The notes under the pieces were generated by a model. That model was not told the DNA's origin and did not search any database. It worked only from the letters and a program-made list of their open reading frames with translations. This document shows, one piece after another, positions 54,125 to 64,000 of a stretch of DNA of 64,000 bases; positions within the stretch are counted from its first letter, which is position 1; every line of letters starts with the position of its first letter. This stretch comes from Macrostomum lignano (taxonomy: Eukaryota). The position numbers and the translations under genes are program-made. The stretch is taken from the NCBI GenBank assembly GCA_002269645.1, contig NIVC01002178.1:124001-188000 (forward strand), in the 5' to 3' direction.

Positions 54125-55268
54125 TTATTATAGAGTGAGTCATAAGAGAGAAACTGGTCATAAGAGAGAAACTGGTCATAAGAAATCAAGAAACTGGTCA
54201 TAAGAAATCAAGAAACTGGTCATAAGAGAGAAACTGGTCATAAGAGAGAAACTGGTCATAATAGAGAAACTGGTCATAATAGAGAAACAGTTCATAATAG
54301 AGAAACTGATCATAAGAGAGAAACTGGTCATAAGATAGAAACAGTTCATAAGATAGAAACAGGTCATAATAGAGAAACAGTTCATAATAGAGAAACTGAT
54401 CATAAGAGAGAAACTGGTCATAAGATAGAAACAGTTCATAAGATAGAAACAGTTCATAAGATAGAAACAGTTCATAAGATAGAAACAGGTCATAAGATAG
54501 AAACAGTTCATAAGATAGAAACAGGTCATAAGATAGAAACAGTTCATAATAGAGAAACTGATAATAAGAGAGAAACTGGTCATAAGATAGAAACAGTTCA
54601 TAAGATAGAAACAGTTCATAAGATAGAAACAGTTCATAAGATAGAAACAGGTCATAAGATAGAAACAGTTCATAAGATAGAAACAGGTCATAAGATAGAA
54701 ACAGTTCATAAGATAGAAACTGGTCATATGAGAGAAACTGGTCATAATAGTAAAACTGGTCATAATAGAGAAACTGGTCATAAGAGAGAAACTGTTCATA
54801 ATAGAGAAACTGGTCATAAGAGAGAAACTGTTCATAATAGAGAAAAAGGTCATAAGAGAGAAAAAAGTCATAAGAAATGAGAAACAGGTCATAAGAAATC
54901 GAGAAACAGATCATAAGAAATCGAGAAACTGGTCATAAGAGAGAAACTGGTCATAAGAGAGAAACAGGTCATAAGATAGAAACAGTTCATAAGATAGAAA
55001 TAAACAGGTCATAAGATAGAAACAGTTCATAAGAGAGAAACTGATCATAAGAGAGAAACTGATCATAAGAGAGAAACTGATCATATGTGAGAAACTGGTC
55101 ATAAGAGAGAAACTGATCATATGTGAGAAACTGGTCATAAGAGAGAAACTGGTCATAAGAGAGAAACTGATCATAAGAGAGAAACTGGTCATAAGAGAGA
55201 AACTGATCATAAGAGAGAAACTGATCATATGTGAGAAACTGGTCATAAGAGAGAAACTGGTCATAATA
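54125..55268. repeat. 18-bp minisatellite (GAGAGAAACTGGTCATAA)n and variants
   Basis: About 60 units. Confidence 0.95.
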
Positions 55269-56379
55269 AAGGCTCAGCTCCAGAAGCGGTCATTAAGCCT
55301 CTTCAAGCAACGGTCAGCCTCAACGGCCACCCCCGTCAGGCACACTGAGGCACCGCTCTCGAACCCCAAAAGTTGACAATCGCGGCCTGTGCTTCTCTCT
55401 CTTTCCACAGCGCTCGCCGCCGCTGACCCCAGAGCTGAACAGCGTCAGGGAAAAACCTCCTCCTCATCCTCCTCCTCCGCCTTCATCCTCATTCAGCCTG
55501 CGTGTTTGCCGCTCTCGATTCGATTCGAGTGGGCGAAACTCCTCGAAAAAATCTCCCTTCGGACCCATATGGGCTCTCACTTGCCGCCCTTCAGTCCGCA
55601 AGCTTAGTCCAAGCCGTAGGGCCGTCTGTTTGTTCAATATCACATTTCCCACAGCAAGGGCGGCGTTGAATTGAGTTTTATATAGAGCCCCCCCCCAACT
55701 TTCCCTTAAGTAAAAAGTAAAGTGTATATACTGTGCAATAAATACGGTTGCGTGGGAGAGGTTGTAGACTAAAAGTTGACAATCAAAAACCAGTATAGAA
55801 ATTAATTTGTTTGTGAAAATTCCAAGTCTAATGTTGAGTACTGCTCAAGTTAGAGATGGCAGAGTTTTCTTTGGCGAGTTATTTAACAAAAAAAATGAGC
55901 AGACAATGCAGACTACGATAGGGGAAGCGGGAGGGCTGTGAAAGAGGAAGCAGAAACCAGATCCCACTGCAAATATTGGGGTGGGGGCAAGCCAACAGTC
56001 CAATATCCGTCAGGTTCCTCCCGCAGCTGAAGTGTGTGCATTAGACTTCTGTTGGTGCCACCGCGCGGGCCAGCGGGCTCCTGCAACCTCCGGCAGGAGA
56101 CACGCGGGAATTGAGGCTCGAACCGAAAGTTCCGTTCGATATCAGCAGATGTTGGGCAGCGGTTGGGAGTGCGCTTGAATATAAATGACAGGACATGAGC
56201 CGCTGCTGTGACTGTACTGTCACTCACCCAAATCACTTTCTCGACTGTGAGAGTCCCTGCCTAGTGTGTGTTTTCTTTGTCATGAGCGGCATTTATTCAG
56301 ATTGCAATTTACTGGGGTTAGAAGCGATGATTACAGGAGTTGTGAGCAATATTTACTGGGATTATGACCGATATCTACT

Positions 56380-57530
56380 GTGAGATTATGAGCGATATCC
56401 ACTGCAAGGTTATGACCAATATCTACGGTGAGATTATGAGCAATATTTTCTGAGATTATGAGCGATATCTACTGAGATTATGACCAATATCTACTGTGAG
56501 ATTATGAGCAATATCCACTGTAATATGAGAAATATTTACTAGGATTATGAGCGATATTTACATGGATTATGAGCGAAAATTGCTGGGATTATGAGCGATA
56601 TTTACTTGGATTATGAGCGAAAATTGCTGGGATTATGAGCGATATTTACTTGGATTATGAGCGAAAATTGCTGGGATTATGAGCGATATTTACTTGGATT
56701 ATGAGCGAAAATTGCTGGGATTATACGCGATATTTACTTGGATTATGAGCGATATTTACATGGATTATGAGCGAAAATTGCTGGGATTATGAGCGATATT
56801 TACTTGGATTATGAGCGATATTTACTTGGATTATGAGCGATATTTACTTGGATTATGAGCGATATTTACATGGATTATGAGCGAAAATTGCTGGGATTAT
56901 GAGCGATATTTACTTGGATTATGAGCGATATTTACATGGATTATGAGCGAAAATTACTGGGATTATGAGCGATATTTACTTGGATTATGAGCGATATTTA
57001 CATGGATTATGAGCGAAAATTACTGGGATTATGAGCGATATTTACTTGGATTATGAGCGATATTTACATGGATTATGAGCGAAAATTACTGGGATTTTGA
57101 GCAATATTTACTTGGATTATGAGCGATATTTGCTGTAAGATAATGACAAATATCTACTGTGTGATTATGACCCATGTCTACTGTGAGATTATGACCAATA
57201 ACCAGTGTGAGATTATGACCAATAACCAGTGTGAGATTATGACCAATATCCAGTGTGAGATTATGACCAATATCTACTGTGTGATTATGAGCAATATCTA
57301 CTGTGTTATTATGACCCATGTCTACTGTGAGATTATGACCAATATCCAGTGTGAGATTATGACCAATATCCAGTGTGAGATTATGACCAATATCTACTGT
57401 GTGACTATGAGCAATATCTACTGTGTGATTATGACCCATGTCTACTGTGTGATTATGACCCATATCTACTGTGAGATTATGACCAATATCCAGTGTGAGA
57501 TTATGACCGATATCTACCTCTGTGAGATGA
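56380..57530. repeat. 22-24-bp minisatellites (GGATTATGAGCGATATTTACTT; GTGAGATTATGACCAATATCTACT)
   Basis: Tandem units with regional subtypes. Confidence 0.93.
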
Positions 57531-58395
57531 TCAGCCAATTCGCTAATAATTCAAGCCTTTAAACAGTTCAAACACCTGGTTTTTAGTTTCTAATCCTCTA
57601 GCTCGAGAACCGTTTTGCTCAAACTCTAAATCTATTCGAAATGATTTTATCCAGGTGTTACTTCACTCGATGTAAGATTTACAGTTGATCGAATTCTTTA
57701 AACCAACCTTAATCTAAACCAAATCAACCCAGGTCTGAATACAGTGGGATGAATGCCTTCGGGGCTTGAGCACCCCAGTCCAGCTGGTCATACGCCACCA
57801 CCGCCGCTGTTCCTTGCTTTTTTTCCCCAACCGCTACCCCTCTCCCAAGTTTGAACTGTTAATCAAGGGGGACCCCCCTATCCGTCATTTGGCCATCAAA
57901 CTTGTCACTGATAGCAGGGCGGGCAGGCAGTATCCACCTGGAGCTGCATACTGGAGACTGCCCTGCCCTGTTCCCATATGGACCCCGGGGACAGCCTCTG
58001 CTCATTAGCCTCGCGAGCATGTGATGCAACACCTTAACTAACCCGCGCCCCGTGCGCATTCTCGGTATCCTTGTAATTAAAATACTCAACTATGTATGAG
58101 CTCATTGTAAAATTTGAATCCAATTTTGTTCGCTAATATAGAGTAAAGCTATTTTCCAGCTAACCGACAGATTGGGGCGCGAGAAACTCGACAGTTCGCC
58201 GAGCTTATCTGGGCGAATCATCTTGGCGGCTCGCCTTTCGGCTGGTCTGAAAGGGGACAAGAATTCACTGGGGCGCTGCCCGATGGGAGAATGCAAGGTC
58301 GTCAGCTTTCACCGGAACTGGCCGTGCCAGCCCAGCAGATCCGGTTGCTTCCGGCTCTTGCAGATCCTGCGGCACCCCATCTGCTCAGGGAGCTT

Positions 58396-58570
<175 letters not shown>

Positions 58571-59213
58571 TTAAATAAAAATACTCCCATTTCAGTTGCA
58601 AACATTTCCCCAAATGGAGTTGCTACAATAATTTAAAATATGCAAATTTATGCGCCGTCAACAAGTCAGTGACTCGCTCCAGCCGCACGCAGCCGCAGGC
58701 ACTGGATGCACTGGACCCAGTCGCGAGCCTAATGACCCGGATACATGCAGAAAGTCGAACGCCCTTTGTTTCTCCGGCTCGGCGGAAGTCATAAACAAAC
58801 AAGAAAGCCCCCAGCAGCTGCTGTAGAGGCGACCTGGGCACTGGGGGATCGGGGAGTCCCCAATCGGCTTCCCTCCGAAACCCGAGATCCGCCTGCCCGG
58901 CCGCCCCTCACTCCGGCAAGTTTTTAGCGGCGCATAGCAACTAAAAAAAATCGAAAGTAGGAATTGATGAGGGGTTGGGGGTGGTGACAAACAATTTCGT
59001 CACACCTTGGCTGAGCCGCCTCGTCACTCGGGTGCCGGGTGCTTCTGTCTCCATCGTCCCTCGCCAACCAACTGTCTCGCCTTTGCCCTCCTCTGCCACC
59101 CCAGCCCAGAGCCGTCGAATGGGTAAGCTGATACCCCCCCCCCCCCTAACTCGGAGATTTCCGAAGGGCGAAAGGAGAAGGCGCGATAGAGAGAGAGGGC
59201 GCGAGGGCCGCTG

Positions 59214-59230
59214 CCCTGCCAGCCAATCAG
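59214..59230 (+). promoter_or_regulatory. CCAAT box upstream of Six1/2 copy B
   Basis: CCCTGCCAGCCAATCAG, nearly identical to the motif upstream of copy A; about 590 bp upstream of the ATG. Confidence 0.45.
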
Positions 59231-59819
59231 AAACCCGATAGGCCCTGGCCGGCTGGGGGGGGGGCTTCGGCCGCGTCCCGGTTTTTACCGCCGAATTTCT
59301 CACCAGCCCGAGTCCGCATCCGCATATTGTCACTCTCACCGTCACTTAAGCCGACTCGCCGCGTCCCATCCCGTTTCCAATTTCAATCTCGCTGACTCCG
59401 CTGGCTTTTGTGCGCTTGGTTCAGCTTTCATATCAGCTTTCACAGTTATTGTTTTCGCTTTCTGAGGAGAGGGAGAGACAGAGACGACGGACTTGAAGGC
59501 CAGAATCTCGCGGATTGATGACACGGCTGGCTCGGCAGCGACAGGAATAAGCCGCGCCAGGAACTCGTCAGGATCGTCTTGCGCTCAAGCGCTCGCTCGC
59601 GAGAGAGAGTAGGGCTGGTAGGTAAGTCAATCTTATCCACAGCGGATCGGGTGTCTCAGGCACTGTAAAGCGAGATAGAGAGGCGGAGTGGCGGCAGTAG
59701 GGCTGGGAAGTAGAACCCGATCTCACTCTGCTCACCGCTAACTTCTCCGCTTACTGTTCCGCAGTCGGCAGTGAAATATAGGGCCAAGCGAGGCGGCAGC
59801 GAAGCCCCAGCCAGGCCAG

Positions 59820-60592
59820 ATGATCCAGCAGTCCCAGGACTGTTATCTACCCTGCGCATCTGTCGAAGACCGAGCCTACAGTGAGCAGACTCTGCAACAG
59901 CAGCAGCAACAACAGCAGACCCAGACTCCTCAGCAGGCAACTCAGAGCCAGGAGCTTCATCAGCTGATCCCGCAGCATCACCAGCCGATTCTGTCAGCGG
60001 ATGATTCCGAATGCTCAGTCGGCGGCGCCGCTGGCGCTGGCAGCGGCGGGTGCCGGTTCACCCAGGAGCAGGTGGCCTGCGTGTGCGAAGTCATGCGCAG
60101 CTCCGGCGACATGGACCGCCTGTCCCGCCTGATCTGGTCTCTGCCGCCCTGCGAGCAGCTGCACCGCAATGAGTCCGTGCTCACCGCCAAGGCCTACGTG
60201 GCCTCGCACCGGGAGAACTACAAGGAGCTCTACAGGATTCTGGAGAGTCACAACTTCTCGCCACGGCTGCACCCGCAGCTGCAGGCTCTGTGGCTGAACG
60301 CGCACTATCGCGAGGAGGAGAAGGTCAAGGGCCGGCCGCTCGGCGCCGTGGCCAAGTACCGGGTGCGGCGGAAGTTCCCGCTGCCCCGGACCATCTGGGA
60401 TGGCGAGGAGACCTCCTACTGCTTCAAGGAGAAGTCCAGACAGGTGCTGCGCGAGTGGTACGCGCACAACCCCTACCCGTCACCGAGGGAGAAGAAAGAG
60501 CTGGCGGAGGAGACCGGCCTGACCACCACTCAGGTGTCCAACTGGTTCAAGAACCGGAGACAGCGGGATCGGGCAGCTGACGGCAAGGACAA
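59820..60592 (+). CDS. six1/2: Six1/2 copy B, exon 1: Six domain + homeodomain (rest of gene probably beyond the window)
   Basis: [17 protein letters not shown]...[23 protein letters not shown]...[10 protein letters not shown] with the ETSY tetrapeptide. Donor AA|GTGAGT at 60593, phase 2, at the same position as in copy A. Confidence 0.96.
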
Positions 60593-60611
60593 GTGAGTCG
60601 GTGGTAGATCT

Positions 60612-61795
60612 TGTTGTCACTCTGATTGTCATTCTGATCGTCACCCTGATTGTCACACGGATTGTTACTCTAGTTGTCACTCTGTCTGATTGTCACTCTG
60701 ATTGTCACTCCAATTGTCACTCTGATTGTCACTCTGATTGTCACTCTGTCTGATTGTCACTCTGTCTGATTGTCATTCTGTCTGATTGTCACTCTGTCTG
60801 ATTGTCACTCTGTCTGATTGTCACTCTGTCTGATTGTCACTCTGTCTGATTGTCACTCTGTCTGATTGTCACTCTGTCTGATTGTCACTCTGTCTGATTG
60901 CCACTCAGTCTGATTGTCATTCTGATTGTCACTCTGTCTGATTGTCACTCTGTCTGATTGTTACTCTGATTGTCACTCTGTCTGATTGTCACTCTGTCTG
61001 ATTGTCACTCTGATTGTCACTCTGTCTGATTGTCACTCTGATTGTCACTCTGTCTGATTGTCACTCTGATTGTCACCTGGTCTCTGATTGTCACTCTGAT
61101 TGTCACCCAGTCTCTGATTGTCACTCTAATTGTCACGCTGATTGTCACTCTGTCTGATTGTCACTCTGGTTGTCACTCTGATTGTCACCCGGTCTCTGAT
61201 TGTCACTCTAATTGTCACGCTGATTGTCACTCTGTCTGATTGTCACTCTGGTTGTCACTCTATCTGATTGTCACTCTGGTTGTCACTCTGTCTGATTTTC
61301 ACTCTGGTTGTCACTCTGTCTGATTGTCACTCTGATTGTCACTCTGATTGTCCCTCTGGTTGTCACTCTGTCTGATTGTCACTCTGGTTGTCACTCTGTC
61401 TGATTGTCACTCTGATTGTCACTCTGATTGTCCCTCTGGTTGTCACTCTGTCTGATTGTCACTCTGGTTGTCACTCTGTCTGATTGTCACTCTGATTGTC
61501 ACTCTGATTGTCCCTCTGGTTGTCACTCTGTCTGATTGTCACTCTGGTTGTCACTCTGTCTGATTGTCACTCTGATTGTCACTCTGATTGTCCCTCTGGT
61601 TGTCACTCTGTCTGATTGTCACTCTGGTTGTCACTCTGTCTGATTGTCACTCTGATTGTCACTCTGATTGTCCCTCTGGTTGTCACTCTGTCTGATTGTC
61701 ACTCTGATCGTCACTCTGGCTGTCACTCTGTCTGAATGTCACTCTGATTGTCACTCTGGCTGTCACTCCGTCTGATTGTCACCATGGCTGTCACA
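60612..61795. repeat. 12/16-bp minisatellite (CTCTG[TCTG]ATTGTCA)n in Six1/2-B intron
   Basis: Visible directly. Confidence 0.95.
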
Positions 61796-63104
61796 CTATT
61801 CACTATTTATCTGCTCTACCTTTCAGTCGAACTTCGAAATGAAATTCCCCGTATTCATTCATTTTTATGACCACTTCAACCCGCTTCAATTGTCACTAGG
61901 ACTTGTCAAGCAGTAATGCACCTTGCCAACTTTAACTCTCATTTCTTGCTCAGTTAGCATTGAGCCCATTTAGATGTTAACCCATCGCAGAAAAGTAAGT
62001 TTATTGAGCTCCAACTGCTGGCTAAGAATATTTATTAACGATAAATGTTGACTCTGAGTGCACGCCATTCGAGTAGGGCTATGGGTGACAATCAGAGGGG
62101 TTACTAAGAGTGGCCTCCCGCAGGTCTCACGGTATAATGGCACCCACAGTTAGCAGGCATGGGGGGCTCTAGCGGTCCTGCCCCGTTCACTCACAAACTT
62201 ATCCTTAGGTGTATTGTTAAACATTTGCCAGCAGCAATGCGCTGTCTTCTGGAAGCACAATTAGATGAAGAATAAATGAGAGCAATATTTGCCCACCGCA
62301 GAACATGGCACAGGGGGCGGGCGTGCCAATGGGCTCATATCAGCATGTCATTGTCCCTGCCTCTGCTCTCCATCACTCTTGCCCGCTTTTCGATTCCAGA
62401 ATAATTAATAAAATAGTAGTTAAAAAAGTCTTGACAATTCACCCCCAGATTGTCGGAAACTAATTTTTATTAATGAAAAAATCTGCTTGGAGAAGTTTGC
62501 CTTCGGAATGAAGACAGCTCTCATTTTGGCATAGACATAACGTTGACAAGAGGCCAGCTCGGCTGTTTGCTCACTGGCCCGGGGTCCGCGCCATAGACAA
62601 CAAAAATTATGTAAATTGCTTGCTTAAATGGCCAATCAATGAATTGAAGAGTTGCCAGGCCGCCAGTTGCCTGTCTGACTGGGCCACTAAGGCACTAACA
62701 TCTACTTAGGGCTTCCGGCTTCCCGGCTTTTCTTAGCAAACATCTTCGGCGGGCGCTGGGAACGGAGCGAGCGGGAAGGAGGTCGGGGGGGGGGTCCAGC
62801 AGACAAACAAAAACTTTTCAAAAACCCCAACCGTATTTCTGTCAATCGATTCTGTTCGAAATTCGAATTCTCCTTGTTCGAGCAGTGGGCGTCCCGAACT
62901 AGAGGGAAAGCGGCTAAAAAGAGCATATGCTGTTTAACTAAGAGATATTTGCCCATACGCTCGTAGTTTTGTCATTTTCTCTCTCAGTTCAAGGCATGTC
63001 GTTTGAATAGCAATTCCTTTGTCATTTCTTCCTTATTCTCCTGTCCCATTTAGCCTATAACTGAGGCATAAACTGCAAACAGAATATTGAGAAATAGGAG
63101 TCAG

Positions 63105-64000
63105 ATCAGAGAGAGCGGAGAGAGATCAGAGAGAGCGGAGAGAGATCAGAGAGAGCGGAGAGAGCGGAGAGAGATCAGAGAGAGCGGAGAGAGCGGAGAG
63201 AGATCAGAGAGAGCGGAGAGAGATCAGAGAGAGCGGAGAGAGATCAGAGAGAGCGGAGAGAGATCAGAGAGATCAGAGAGAGCGGAGAGAGATCAGAGAG
63301 AGCGGAGAGAGATCAGAGAGAGCGGAGAGAGATCAGAGAGAGCGGAGAGAGCGGAGAGAGATCAGAGAGAGCGGAGAGAGCGGAGAGAGATCAGAGAGAG
63401 CGGAGAGAGATCAGAGAGAGCGGAGAGAGATCAGAGAGATCAGAGAGAGCGGAGAGAGATCAGAGAGAGCGGAGAGAGATCAGAGAGATCAGAGAGAGCG
63501 GAGAGAGATCAGAGAGATCAGAGAGAGCGGAGAGAGATCAGAGAGAGCGGAGAGAGCGGAGAGAGATCAGAGAGAGCGGAGAGAGATCAGAGAGAGCGGA
63601 GAGAGATCAGAGAGATCAGAGAGAGCGGAGAGAGATCAGAGAGAGCGGAGAGAGATCAGAGAGAGCGGAGAGAGATCAGAGAGATCAGAGAGAGCGGAGA
63701 GAGATCAGAGAGAGCGGAGAGAGATCAGAGAGATCAGAGAGAGCGGAGAGAGATCAGAGAGATCAGAGAGAGCGGAGAGAGATCAGAGAGAGCGGAGAGA
63801 GCGGAGAGAGATCAGAGAGAGCGGAGAGAGATCAGAGAGAGCGGAGAGAGATCAGAGAGATCAGAGAGAGCGGAGAGAGATCAGAGAGAGCGGAGAGAGA
63901 TCAGAGAGAGCGGAGAGAGATCAGAGAGAGCGGAGAGAGCGGAGAGAGATCAGAGAGAGCGGAGAGAGCGGAGAGAGATCAGAGAGAGCGGAGAGAGCGG
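63105..64000. repeat. 20-bp minisatellite (GAGAGAGCGGAGAGAGATCA)n running off the window end
   Basis: Visible directly. Confidence 0.97.

Overview
Eukaryotic (metazoan) genomic DNA. GC3-rich coding exons with polyQ/polyA tracts, GTGAG donors, TTAGGG repeats and dense minisatellites suggest a free-living flatworm such as Macrostomum; this is an inference, not a database result. The window is a developmental transcription-factor locus. It holds a five-exon Lhx3/4 LIM-homeobox gene on the minus strand (about 2.9-10 kb) and two same-strand Six1/2 (sine oculis) paralogs, at 30.3-36.6 kb and from 59.8 kb onward. Between the Six genes lie two divergently oriented, apparently intronless genes: a Gln/Met/Cys/Gly-rich orphan and a SILK+RVxF+transmembrane protein resembling the consortin C-terminus. 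They flank an AT-rich transposon island containing a foldback element with a 9-bp TSD and a decayed mariner interrupted by a TIR element with an apparent AGCT duplication. Roughly a third of the window (hand estimate about 23 kb) is tandem repeat, in about 36 different arrays, and these explain most long ORFs in the supplied track. The best leads are an apparent gene-conversion tract homogenising the two Six homeoboxes while their Six domains diverged, the PP1-anchor/consortin-like protein, the nested transposons with a CpG-decay signature, and a shared GAGAT/GATC core in many unrelated satellites.
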